A stretch of 64,000 bases of DNA from the human T2T-CHM13v2.0 reference genome, Homo sapiens. The notes beneath the pieces are model-generated. The model was not told the DNA's origin. It ran no database searches and worked only from the letters and a program-made list of their open reading frames with translations. Positions within the stretch are counted from its first letter, which is position 1, and every line of letters starts with the position of its first letter. Made by a program: the position numbers and the translations under genes. The DNA is taken from the NCBI RefSeq assembly GCF_009914755.1, contig NC_060939.1, one strand, 5' to 3'. Positions 33,596 through 46,287 of the stretch are shown here, in pieces.

Positions 33596-33679
33596 TGGGT
33601 CAATGATGAGAACCTTATATTGTCCTGAAGAGAGGTGATGACTTAAAAATCATGCTTAGTAGGATTACGCTGAGGCCTA
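33596..33679 (+). ncRNA. SNORD115-3: SNORD115 copy 3 (guide ATGCTTAGTAGGATTACG)
   Basis: All four boxes intact; two guide substitutions. Confidence 0.93.
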
Positions 33680-35500
33680 GCCTAGGTGAGAATGTTGGAA
33701 GAGGATACTGGATGCTGAGGTCCCTGGCTGAGCTACTGTATTTTGGGATGGAGATCTGGTGACTCTAAGGGCACCTGAAGGGCCAGACCCTGTCTCTATG
33801 AGGCAGCCCAGGCTCCCTGTGCAGGCTTGCTGTTGGCACTCTGGTTCCCTGGGGTGGGACATATTGGTGGCTCCTCCCTGAGCCCTGTTCTCCCCTTGTG
33901 TCTTTCAGTGAGCTCTTCCACCAAGGAGGGCCCCCTGGCATTGACTGGCATAGGTGAGTGGATCCTGCTGGTGTCATGGGCCATGGGCCAGGCCACGTGG
34001 GGTCACCAAGGGTCAGCCTTCAGGAAAGAAGGGTTTCCTCAGGGAGCCAAACTGAATCCCCACTGGGAAGAGATGGGTTCTCCAGGAGGGCGGCTTCCTG
34101 GGAAACAGGAACCAAGGAGGACGCCTTCCCTGAAGCCCTGCAGGGGTGACGGTGGTCCAGGCAGGAAAGGGTTCCTTCAATTCCACCCAGGGCAGCTCCC
34201 AGCTGAGTCTCGGTGCTCGCGTCTGGACTGCCCTGACTATGTGGGGGGCCACAGGGGCTCTGGGGTGCCTTGGGGGTCACACAGGTGCTCTTTGTCCCTG
34301 GAGAAAGGTGGGTGATCAGGCCCATGGAGTTGAGCAGTGGAGATTCAAGGATTGCACCTGACACATGGTCCTGAATGGAACCCACCCTGTTGAGCAATGG
34401 GCCATCCCATGGGCCTCTTCAAGCCTGAAGAGGGGCGGTGCTGTTTCACTGGGTTTAGGTCAAGGCTGAGCTCTGGCCGGTGCCTGGTGGTGCTGCAGTC
34501 CAGCTGTTGGACTCGTGGGCTTTGGGCCAGTGGGGCAGCCTGCATCCCTCTGGAAGTCACCCCTTCCCTGTGGCTGGAAGTTACCCCTTCCCAGTGGGCG
34601 AATGTGGGGAAGGGTCACCTCCTGAAGTGAGAAGGCCCACTATTGAGGGTCCTGTCCTGGCAATTTGCTGCCCATGCTGCTTCTGAGCCATGGAGACACC
34701 TCCAGTGTGGTGGGATCTTGGGCCCAAGGAAGGGAGAAGACACTGTGCCCCCCGATTAGCTGAGTGTGGCCAGGCTGTGTGTTTATGAGGTGTGAGGGGC
34801 ATGGATGGAAACTCACCAGAGAAAGCATGTGGCCCTGGGACCCCAGGTCGTGGTTTCCAGTATGTGCCCAGATACAGCACATGGGTGGGTGCCCACCATG
34901 CACAGGGACTGGCTATGTGACTGCCAGCTGTGCAGCAGCATCAGGCATATGGGCCAGCCTCCTTGGTTGACAATGAACTGGTTGCTGGCCCTGGCCTGTG
35001 CCCAGTAGTCCTGGGGTGACCCTGGTGTCATACAGGGGAGCTGGCATGTGTAGTGGAGGTGCTTGTGGGGCTTGCAGTAGGGCACAGCCCTGGCTTCTAG
35101 CCTGAGCCCAGTGACCTGCCTGTCCTATCCTTTCGGTGTTCAGTGGCGGAGAGAGCATTGGGTGCCCTGCATCCATGATGGGTAAGTATTCCACATGGAT
35201 CTCATCACATGGGTCCATGGAAGGTGAGCATCCCTGAGCTGGCACACCACACCTTCTGTCCACATGGAGGGGTGAGGTTGTGTTTGGGCACTTGTCCTCT
35301 TCCTGTTCCTTGAGATGGTGACCCCAGAGGAGGACATGCGTTGGGCCCGCTGTCCCTGGCCAGTGGCCATCAGCCAAGTGCCTAGCCCCTATTGCACTGA
35401 AACTCGGGCCCTTCCTGTCACCTTGGTCTCCTGCGTTGAGCTTGGGTGAGCCCATCCGGGTGCCACTGGATGCCTAGGCAGGGAGGGGGGTGCCCTGGGT

Positions 35501-35584
35501 TGGGTCGATGATGAGAACTTTATATTGTTCTGAAGAGAGGTGATGACTTAAAAATCATGCTCAATAGGATTACGCTGAGGCCCA
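35501..35584 (+). ncRNA. SNORD115-4: SNORD115 copy 4
   Basis: All boxes and canonical guide. Confidence 0.94.
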
Positions 35585-37406
35585 GCCTAGGTGAGAATTT
35601 TGGAAGGGGACACTAGAATCCCGAGGTCCCCAGCAGGGCTGCTGTATTTTAGGCTGGATACCTCGAGGCCCTGAAGGGCACCTCATGGAGGGGCCCAATC
35701 CTGTCTGTGCTCCTCTATTAGGCACACCAGACTTTCTGTGTGGGCTTGGTGTCCACGCTCAGCTTCCCTGGGGTGGGACACGTTGGCGGCTCCTCCGTGA
35801 GCCCCATTATCCTCTGTGTCTTTCAGTGAGCTCTTCCCCCCAGCAGACCCCTGGGATTGACGAGCATAGGTGAGTGGAGACTGCTGGTGTCATGGGCCAT
35901 GAGCCAAGCTGCGTGGGGTCCCCAAGGGTCAGCCCTCGGGCCACCTGGGTTTCCTCAGGAGCTGATCTGAATCCCAACTGGGGATGTGTTCTCCAGGAGG
36001 GCAGCTTCCTTGGGAATCAGACATAAGGAGGAGGCCTTCTCTGAAGCCCCGCAGGGGTGGCAGTTGTCCAGGCAGGAAAGGGTTTCCTCAGCCCCACGCA
36101 GGGCAGTGCTCAGCTCAGACTTGGTGCTTGGGTCAGGCCTCTAACATGGCCAGGCCACATGAGGGGGGCAACAAGGGCTCCGGGGAGCCAAGGGCATCTC
36201 ACGGGGGCTCTCCAACCCTGGAGAAGGGTGGGTGATTCGGTCCATGGGGTCAGGCCATGGAGATTCATGGATTGCAGCAAACCCAGGACCCTCAATGGGA
36301 CTGACCCTATAAGCAGTGGGCCCTCCCAGTGGCACCTCTTTGAGCCATTTGTGGGGCGGCGCTGTTTCTCTGAGGTTGGGTCAAGACTAGCTCTGGCCAG
36401 TGCCTGATGGTGGTGCAATCCACTCCTGGGACTCGTGGGCTCTGGGCCAAGGCTGCAGCCCATGTCCCGCTGGGGGTCACCCCTTCATTGTGGGCGAGTG
36501 GCAGTAATGGCCTCCTGAGTTGGGAAGGCCCGCAGTGGAAGGACCTTTCCTGGAAATTTGCAGTCCAGGCTGCTTCTCAGCCATTAGGACAACTCCAGCG
36601 GGTTGGGGGGCAGGGGCGGGTCTTAGGCCCAAAGAAAGGAGAAGATACCATATGTCTCCCGGTTGGCTGAGTGTGGCCCTGCTGTGTGTGTGGGAGGTGT
36701 TGTGTGGGGCATGGATTGGGACACACCAGAGAAAGCTTGTGGCCCTGGAGCCCCAGGCTGCGATTTCCAGTGCACCTTGAGGAAAGGAGGGTGGGTGCCC
36801 TCCATGCACAGGGCAGACTGTGCAACTGCCAGGTAGGCAACAGCACGTGGTGTCCGGGCCAGGGTCCTTGGTTTGCTGTGAGCTCTTTGGTGTCCGTGGC
36901 CCCTACCCAAGGATCCAGATACCACCCGGGGTCATGCAGGGGAGCTAGCATGGGCAATGGAGGTGCTCAAGGGGCCTGCAGTAGGGCACAGCCCAGGTGT
37001 CTTGCCTGAGCCCAGGAACCCACCTGCCCTGTCCTTCCATGGTTCAGTGGCTGGGAGAGCAAAGGGTTCCGCTGATCTATGACACATCAGTGTTTCCCAT
37101 GGATCCCATCACATGGGTCCACGGAGAGAGAGCATGTGTGAGCTGGCACCCCCAACCCCATTCCCTGTATGGAGGCGTGAGCCCATGGTTGGACACATGT
37201 CCTCCTCCTGTCCCCCCAGATGGTGACTGTGGAAGAAGACTTGCTTTGGGACCGCTGGCCCCAGGCCAGTGGTTGTCATCCAGGTGCCCAGCCCTTGGTG
37301 CACTTGAGCTCAAGCCCTTCCTGGTGCCCTGGCCTCCTGCCCTAAGCTGTGGTGAGCCCATCCAGGTCCCACTGGATGCATGCATGGGGAGGAGGGTGCC
37401 CTGGGT

Positions 37407-37490
37407 TGGATCGATGATGAGAACCTTATATTGTCCTGAAGAGAGGTGATGACTTAAAAATCATGCTCAATAGGATTACGCTGAGGCCCA
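37407..37490 (+). ncRNA. SNORD115-5: SNORD115 copy 5
   Basis: All boxes and canonical guide. Confidence 0.94.
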
Positions 37491-39165
37491 GCCTTGGTGA
37501 GAATTTTGGAAGAGGATGCTGAGATCCCAAGGTCTCTGGCAGGGCCACTGTATTTTGGGCTGGAGACCTGGAGGCCCTGAAGGGCATCTTAGGGGTGCCC
37601 GACCCCATCTCTGCGCTCCTCCTTGAGGCAGCCCAGGCTCCCTTGCGGGCTTGGTGTCAGCCCTCCAGTTCCCTGGGGTTGAGGCACATTGGAGGCTCCT
37701 TCCTGAGCCCCCATTCTCCCCTGTGTCTTTCAGCGAGCTCTTCTGCCCAGGGGGACCCCTGGCCTTAAGTGGGATAGGTAAGTGGATCCTGCTGGGGTCG
37801 TGGACCATGAGCCAGGTCGCTTTGGGTCACTGAGAGTCACCCTTCAGGCCACGAGGGATTCCTCAGGGAGCCCATCTGAAACCCACCAGGGACGGATGGT
37901 TTCTCCAGGAGGACAGCTTCCTTGGAAGTCGGTCCCAAGAAGGATGCCTTCCCTGAAGCCGTGCAGAGATGATGGACGTCCAAGCAGGAAGGGCTTCCTT
38001 CAACTCAATGCAGTGCACATCCTAGCTGAGACTCAGTGCACAAGTCAGGCCTGGAGGACTTCCCAGGCCACATGAGGGGGTCCACAGGGTCTCCAGGGGC
38101 CACGGGTGTTATGAGGGTGCTCTCTGTCCCCGAGGCTTGCAGAGGGGCAGGGTGTGGGTGATCGGACTTATGGAGTCAGGCCGTGAAGATTCAAGGATTG
38201 GGCCCAACCCATGGCCCAGCATGGGCCGAACCTGTAGAGCAATGGGCCATCCCGGTGGTGCATCCTTGAGCCTTGTGGGGGTGGTGTGACCTTAGTGGGG
38301 TTGGGTCAAGCCTGAGCTCTGGCCTTCACCTGGTGGTGCTGCAGGCTGGCCCTGGGAATTTGGGCTTTGGGCCAAGGGTGCAGTCTGTGTCCCGCTAAAG
38401 GTCACCCCTCCCCAAAGTGGAGTGGCCAGAAGGATGGCATCCTGTGGTAGAAGTCCCACTGTCAAGGGTCCTGTCCTGGCAATTTGTTGCCCAGGCTGCT
38501 TCTAAGCCATGGGTTCACCTCCAAAGTGGCGGGGTCTTGAGCCGAAGGAAAGGGGAAGACATCATGTGTTCCCTGATTGACTGAGCATGGCCTGGCTCTG
38601 CATTTGGAGGTGTGCGGTGCACGAATGGGGACCCATCAGAGAAGGCATGTGGCCCTGGGGCTCCAGGATTTGATTTCTGGTGTGAGCTTTTACAGGGGGT
38701 CTGTAGTGGCACGTAGCATTCAGGTCAGCCTACTTGGTTTGCTCTGAGCTTGTTGGTGGTCCTGGCCCTGCCCAGTGGTCCCATTGTGGCATAGAGTCAT
38801 GTGAGGGAGCTGTGGCAAGGAGGGCCAAGGGTTCCCCACATTCATGATCGTTACTGTTTACATGGATCCCATCTCTTGAGTCCATGGAGGGACAGCATGT
38901 GTGAGCCAGCACCCCCTGCCCACTTTCCTGCATGGAGGCGTGAGGCCGTATTTCTATACGTGTCCCCCACCCCTCCAGATGGTGACCCCAGAGGAAGACG
39001 TGCATTGGGTCCGCTGGCCCCAGGCCAGTGTCTCTCAGCCATGTGCTCAACACCTGGTGAGCTGAAGCTCAGGCCCTTCCTGGCATCCTGGTCTCCTGCA
39101 CTGAGCTGTGGTGAGCACATCTGGGTTCCTCTGGATACGTGTGCAGGGAGGGGGATGCACTGGGT

Positions 39166-39249
39166 CGGGTCAATGATGAGAACCTTATATTGTTCTGAAG
39201 AGAGGTGATGACTTAAAAATCATGCTCAATAGGATTACGCTGAGGCCCA
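39166..39249 (+). ncRNA. SNORD115-6: SNORD115 copy 6
   Basis: All boxes and canonical guide. Confidence 0.94.
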
Positions 39250-41053
39250 GCCTAGGTGAGAATTTTGGAAGAGGATGCTGGGATCCCAAGTTCCCCAGCA
39301 TGGCCAGTATATTTTAGGCAGGAGACCCTGAGGCTCTGAACGGCATCTCCGGGGGGCACAACCCTGGCTCTGGGCTCCTCTGGGAGGCAGCCCAGGTTCC
39401 CTGTGCAGGCTTGGGCTCTGGTTCCCTGAGCCCCCATTCTCCCTCGTGTGTTTCAGTGAGCTCGTCCTCCTAGGTGGGGCCCCCAGGCATTGACCGGCAT
39501 AGGTGAGTGGTCCTGCTGGGGTCATGGGTCATCAGCAGGTTGGAGTCACCAAGGGTCAGCCTTTGAGACAGGAGGGTTTCCACAGGCAGCCGACCTGAAT
39601 CCACACCATGGAGGGATAGATTGGTCCTCCAAGAGGGCTGTTTTTTTTCGGAATCAGACCCAAGGAGGATACCTTCCCTGCAGCCCTGCGGGGATGACGG
39701 TGGTCCAGGCAGGGAAGGGTTCCTTCAGTCTCACGCAGGTCAGCTCCCAGCTGAGTCTCAGTGCATTGGTCTGGCCTCCAGGACTGACCAGGCCACGTGA
39801 GGGGGGCAACAGGGGCTTCGGGATGCAGTGGGGTCACACAGGATCTCTCCATCCCCAGAGAAAGGTGGGCATAGAACCCATGGATTCGAGCTGCAGAGAT
39901 TCAAGAATCGCACACGAATTATTGCCCTGAATGGGACCCACCCTGTTGAGCAATGTCCCATCCCAGGGCACCTCTTTGAGCCTGAAGGGGGTGGTGCTGT
40001 TTCCCTAGGTTTGGGTCAAGGCTGAGCTCTGGCCAGTGCCTGGTGGTGCTGTAGTCCTGTCATGGACTCGTTAGCTTTACGCCAAGGGGTCAGCCCACGT
40101 CCTACTGGGGATCTCCCCTTCCCTGTGGCTGGAAGTCACCCCTTCCCCATTGGCAAGTGTCAGGAAGGGTGACCTCCTGAGGTGGAAGTCCTGTTGAGGG
40201 TCTTGTCCCTGGAATATGCCACGCATGCTGCTTCTGAGCCATGGGGTCACCTCCAGGGTAGCGGGTCTTGGGCCCAAGGAAAGGAGAAGTCACCATGTGT
40301 CCCCCGATTAGCCAAGTGCGGCCCTGCTCTGTGTTTAGGAGGTGTGTGGGGCATGGATGGGGACCCACCAGAGAAAGCATGTGGCCCAGGGACCCCAGGT
40401 TGCAATTTCTAGGACATGCTGGGATAGGGCACCTGTGTGGGTGTCCACAGTGCACAGGGATAGGCTATGTGACTTGCAGGTCTGCAGCGGCATCTGGCAT
40501 CCAGGCCAGCCTCCTTGGTGGGCCGTGAACTGAATGGTGGCGCTGGCCTGTGCCCAGTATATCTGGTATGACCCTGGGGTCGTGTGGGGGAGCCGGCATG
40601 GGCAGTGGAGGTGCTTATGGGACCTGCAGTAGGACACAGTCGGGGCTTCTTGCCCAAGCCCAGTGACCCGCTTGCCCTGTCCTTCCAGGGTTCGGTGGCT
40701 GAGAGAGCTTTTGTTGCCCTGTGTCCGTGACGGGCCAGTGTTCTGCATGCATCCCATCACATGGATCCATGGAGGGTGAGCATCCCTGGGCTGACACACC
40801 CCACCTTCTGCCCCCATGGAGGGGTGAGGTTGTGTTTTCACACCTGTCTTACTCCTGTTTCCCCAGATGTTGAGCCCAGAGGAAGACTTGCACTGGGCCC
40901 AATGGCCCCAGGTCAGCGTCCATCAGCCAGGTGTCCAGCCCCTGGTGCACTGAAGATCGGGCCCTTCCTGGTGCCCTGGTCTCCTGCATTGAGCTGTGGT
41001 GAGCACATCCGGATCCTGCTGGATGCGTGTGCGGGGAAGGGGGTGCCCTGGGT

Positions 41054-41137
41054 TGGGTCAATGAGAACCTTATATTGTCCTGAAGAGAGGTGATAACTTA
41101 AAAATCATGCTCAATAATAGGATTACGCTGAGGCCCA
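41054..41137 (+). ncRNA. SNORD115-7: SNORD115 copy 7, degenerate (3-nt deletion in box C, C' GTGATAA, 3-nt insertion in guide)
   Basis: TGGGTCAATGAGAACC...GTGATAA...ATGCTCAATAATAGGATTACG-CTGA. Confidence 0.9.
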
Positions 41138-42974
41138 GTCTAGGTGAGAGGTTTGGAAGAGGATGCTGGGATTCCGAGGTCCCCAGGAGGGCCCCTGTAT
41201 TTTTGGCTGGAGACCTGGAGGCCCTGAAGGGCATCTTGTGGGTGCCCAACCCTGTCTCTGCGCTCCTCCTTGAGGCAGCCCAGGCTCCCTGTGCAGGCTT
41301 GGTGTCAGCCCTCCAGTTCCCTGGGTTTGAGGCACATGGGAAGCTCCTTTCTGAGCCCCGTTCTCCTCTTGTGTCTTTCAGTGAGCTCTTCCACATGGAA
41401 GACCCCTGTCATTGACTGGCATAGGTGAGTGGCTGGCATCATGGGCCATGAGCCAGGCCGCGTGAGGTCGCCAAGGGTCAGCCTTCGGGAAAGAAGGGTT
41501 TCCTCAGGGAGCCAACCTGAATCCCCACTGGGAAGATATGGGTTCTCCAGGAGGGCGACTTCCTGGGAAACAAGAACCAAGGAGGTCCCCTTCCCTGAAG
41601 CCCTGCAGGGGTGACGGTGGTCCAGGCAGGAAAGGGTTCCTTCAGTTCCACCCAGGGCAGCTCCCAGCTGAGGCTCGGTGCTTGCGTCTGGACTTAAGGA
41701 CTGCCCTGGCCATATGAGGGGTGCCACAGTGGCTCTGGGGTGCCATGGGGTCACACAGGCACTCTCTGTCCCTGGAGAAAGGTGGGTGATTGGGCCCATG
41801 GAGTTGAGCTGTTGAGATGCAAGTTTTGCACCTGACACATGGCCCTGAATGGGACCCACCCTGTTGAGCAATGGGCCATCCCATGGGCCTCTTCGAGCCT
41901 GAAGGGGGGCGGTGCTGTTTCACTGGGTTTAGGTCAAAGCTGACCTCTGGCCGCCACCTGGTGGTGCTGCAGTCCAGCCCTTGGACTCGTGGGCTTTGGG
42001 CCAAGGGGGCAGCCTGCATCCCACTGAAAGTCACCCCTTCCCTGTGGCTGGAAGTTATCCCTTCCTCATGGGCGAGTGTTGGGAAGGGTGGCCTCCTGAA
42101 GTGGGAAGGCCCGCTATTGAGGGTCTGCTCCTGGCAATTTGCTGCCCATGCTGCTTCTGAGCCATGGAGTCACCACCAGTGTGGTGGGGTCTTGGACCCG
42201 AAGAAAGGAGAAGACACTGTGCCCCCCGATTAGCTGAGTGTGGCCAGGCTGTGTGTTTGCGAGGTGTGAAGGGCATGGATGGAGACTCACCAGAGAAAGC
42301 ATGTGGCCCTGGGGCCCCAGGTTGTGGTTTCCAGTATGTGCTTGGATATGGCATATGGGTGGGTGCCTACCATGCACAGGGACTGGCTATGTGACTGCCA
42401 GCTGTGCAGCAGCATCAGGCATACGGGCCAGCCTCCTTGGTTGACCATGAACTGGTTGCTGGCCCTGGCCTGTGCCCAGTAGTCCTGGGGTGACCCTGGT
42501 GTCATGTAGGGGAGCTGGCATGTGTAGTGGAGGTGCTCGTGTGGTCTGCAGTAGGGAGCAGCCCTGGCTTCTAGCCTGAGCCCAGTGACCTGCCTGTCCT
42601 GTCCTTTCAGGGTTCAGTGGCGGAGAGAGCATCAGGTGGCCCACGTCTGTGATGGGCCAGTATTCCACATGGATCTCATCACATGGGTCCATGGAAGGCG
42701 AGCATCCCTGAGCTGGCACACCCCACCTTCTGCCAGCATGGAAGGGTGAGGTTGCATTTGGCACCTGTCCTCTTCCTGTTCCTCGAGATGGTGACCCCAG
42801 AGGAGGACTTGCATTGGGCCCACTGTCCCCGGGCCAGTGGCCATCAGCCGGGTGCCTAGCCCCTGTTGCACTGAAGCTCAGGCCCTTCCTGTTGCCCTGG
42901 TCTCCTGCATTGAGCTTGGGTGAGCCCATCCGGTTGCCACTGGATGCCTAAGCAGGGAGGGGGGTTCCCTGGGT

Positions 42975-43058
42975 TGGGTCAATGATGAGAACCTTACATT
43001 GTTCTGAAGAGAGATGATGACTTAAAAATCATGCTCAATAGGATTACGCTGAGGCCCA
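42975..43058 (+). ncRNA. SNORD115-8: SNORD115 copy 8
   Basis: All boxes (C' ATGATGA) and canonical guide. Confidence 0.94.
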
Positions 43059-44299
43059 GCCTAGGTGAGAATTTTGGAAGAGGACGCTGGGATCCCTAGG
43101 TCCCTGACAGGGCCACTGTATTTTGGGCTGGAGACCTGGAGTCCTTGAAGGGCATCTGGAGGGGGCCCAAACCTGTCTCTACGTTCCTCCATGAGGCAGT
43201 CCAGGCTCCCTGTGCGAGCTTCGTGTCGGTGCTCAGATTCCCCTTGGTGGTGCATGTGGGTGGCTCATCCCTGAGCCCCTGTTCTCCCCTTGTGTCTTTC
43301 AGTGAACTCGTTTGCCCAGGAGGACCCCTGGCCTTGAGCAGCATAGGTCAGTGGATCCTACTGGGGTCATGGGCCATGGACCAGGCCACGTGGGGTCACT
43401 GAGGGTCAGCTATCAGGACAGGAGGGATTCCTCAGGGAGACAACCTGAATCCCCACTGGTGAGGGATTGGTTCTCCAGAAGGGCCGCCTCCTTGGGAATC
43501 TGACCCAAGGAGGACACCTTCCCTGAAGTGCTACAGGAGTGACATTGGTCCAGGCAGGAAAGGGTTCCATTAGTCCCATGCAGGTCAGCTCCCAGCTGAG
43601 ACTTGGTGCTAGGGTCTGGCCTTGAGGACTGCCCAAGCCACATGAAGGTGGCCCCAGGCTGTGATTTTTGGTGCGTGCTTGGAGAGGGAGTCTGGGCACC
43701 CTCCCTGCACAGGGGCAGGCTGTGCGTCTGCCAGGTCTACAGTGGCGCCTAGCTTCAGAGCAAGCTTCCTTGGTTGGCCTTAGCTGGTTGGTGGCCCTGG
43801 CTCCTACCCAGGGGTCACAATGCAGCCCAGGAAGTGCAGGGAAGCCGGCTTGGACAGTGGAGGTGCTCCAGGGGCCTGCGGTAGGGCACAGCCTCGGCAT
43901 CTTGCCTGAGCCTAGTTACTCGCCTGTCCTGTCCTTCCAGGGTTTGGTGGTGGGGAGATACAAGGGTTCCCCAGGTCCATAACTGTCCTCGTTTCACATG
44001 GATCCCATCACATGAGTCCACGGATGTAGAGCATGTGTAGCCAGCAGCCCCTCCCCGCTTTCCTGCATGGAATCTTAAGGCCCTATTTGGACACCTTTCC
44101 CCGTCCCTCCAGATGGTGAGCACAGAGGAAGAATTGCGTTAGGCCCTTTGGCCCCGGACCAGTGTCTGCCAGCCACGTGCTCAGCCTCCCGTGCGCTAAA
44201 GCTCAGGTCCTTCCTGTCATCCTGGTATCCTGCACTGAGGTGTGGTGAGTCCATCCAGGTCCCTCTGGATGTGTGAGTGGGGATGGGGGTGTCCTGGGT

Positions 44300-44383
44300 T
44301 GGGTCGATGATGAGAACCTTATATTGTCCTGAAGAGAGGTGATGACTTAAAAATCATGCTCAATAGGATTACGCTGAGGCCCA
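44300..44383 (+). ncRNA. SNORD115-9: SNORD115 copy 9
   Basis: All boxes and canonical guide. Confidence 0.94.
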
Positions 44384-46204
44384 ACTTAGGTGAGAATTTT
44401 GAAAGAGGATGCTGGGAATCACAAGGTCCCCGGCAGGACCACTGTATTTTAGGCGGGAGACCTCGAGGCCCTGAAGGGCATATCATGGAGGGGTACCCAA
44501 CCCAGTCTGTGCTCCTCCATTAGGCACACCAGGCTTCCTGTGTGGGCTTGGTGTCTGCACTCAGCTTCCCCGGGGGTGGGACACATTGGTGGCTCCTTCC
44601 TGAGTCGCATTCTCCTCTGTGTCTTTCAGTGAGCTCTTCCCCCCAGCAGGCCCCCTGGGATTGACTGGCAAAGGTGAGTGGATACTGCTCGTGTCATGGG
44701 CTGTGAGCCAAGCTGCGTGGGGTCCCCAAGGGTCAGCCCTCGGGTCACCTGGGTTTCCTCAGGAGCTGATCTGAATCCTGACTGGGGATGTGTTCTCCAG
44801 GAGGGCAGCTTCCTTGGGAATCTGACACAAGGAGGAGGCCTTCTCTGGAGCCCTGCAGGGGTGGTGGTGGTCCAGGCAGGAAAGGGTTTCCTCAGCTCCA
44901 CACAGGACAGTGGAGCTGGGCAGTGCTCAGCTCAGACTTGGTGCTCAGGTCAGGCCTCTAGGATGGCCAGGCCACATGACGGGGGCCACAAGGGCTCCAG
45001 GGCACCACAGACATCTCATGGGGGCTCTCCAACCCTGGAGAAGGGTGGGCAATTTGGCCCATTGGGTCGGGTCATGGAGCTTCAAGGATTGCACCAAACC
45101 CATATCCCTCAATGGGACCGACCCTATTAAGCAATGGGCCATCCCAGTGGCACCTCTTTGAGCCATGTGGTGGGTGGCGCTGTTTCTCTGAGGTTGGGTC
45201 AAGACTAGCTCCGGCCAGTGCCTGATGGTGGTGCAGTCCAGTCCTGGGACTCGTGGGCTTTGGGCCAAGGGTGCAGCCCGTGTCCTACTGGGGATCACCC
45301 CTTCCTTATGAGGGAGTGGTGGGAAGGGTATCCTCCTGAGGTAGGAAGGCCCGCTGTGGAAGGAACTTTCCTGGAAATTTGCAGTCCAGACTGCTTCTGA
45401 GCCATGAGGTCATCTCCGGGGTGGCGGGGTCTTGGGCCCAAGGAAAGGAGAAGACACCATATGTCTCCCGATTGGTTGAGTATGGCTCCACTCTGTGTGT
45501 GGGAGGTGTTGTGTGGGGCATGGATTGGGACCCACCAGAGAAAGCTCGTGGCACTGGAACCCCAAGCTGCAATTTCCAGTGCACCTTGGGAAGGGGACTG
45601 GGTGCTCACCCTCCATGCACAGGGCAGGCTGTGCAGCTGCCAAGTTGGCAGTGGTGCGTGGCATCCGGGCCAGCGTCCTTGGTTCGCTGTGAGCTGGTTG
45701 GTGTCCTTGACGCCTGCCCAGGGGTCCCAGTGCTGCTTGGGGTCATGAGGGGAGCCAGCGTGGGCAAGGGAGGCCTGCAGTAGGGCACAGCCCGGGGGTC
45801 TTGCCTGAGCCCAGGATCCTGCCGGCCCTGTCCTTCCATGGTTCGGTGGCTGGGAGGGCAAAGGGTCCCCCACGTCTGAGACACATCAGTGTTTCACATG
45901 GATCTCATCACATGGGTCCATAGAGAGAGAGCAAGCGTGAGCTGACACCCCCCACCCCCTTCCCTGTATAGAGGTCTGAGCCCCTGGTTGGACACATGTC
46001 TTCCTCCTGTCCCCCCAGATGGTGTCTGTGGAGGAAGACTTGCCATTGGGTTGCTGGCCCCAGGCCAGTGGTTGTCATCCAGGTGCCCAGCCTTGGTGCA
46101 CTGAAGCTCAGGCCCTTCCTGGTGCTCTGGTCTCCTGCACTGAGCTGTGGTGAGCACATCCGGGTCCCACTGGATGGGTGTGTGTGGTGGGGGGTGCCCT
46201 GGGT

Positions 46205-46287
46205 TGGGTCGATGATGAGAACCTTATATTGTCTGAAGAGAGGTGATGACTTAAAAATCATGCTCAATAGGATTACGCTGAGGCCCA
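46205..46287 (+). ncRNA. SNORD115-10: SNORD115 copy 10 (1-nt deletion before D')
   Basis: All boxes and canonical guide. Confidence 0.94.
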
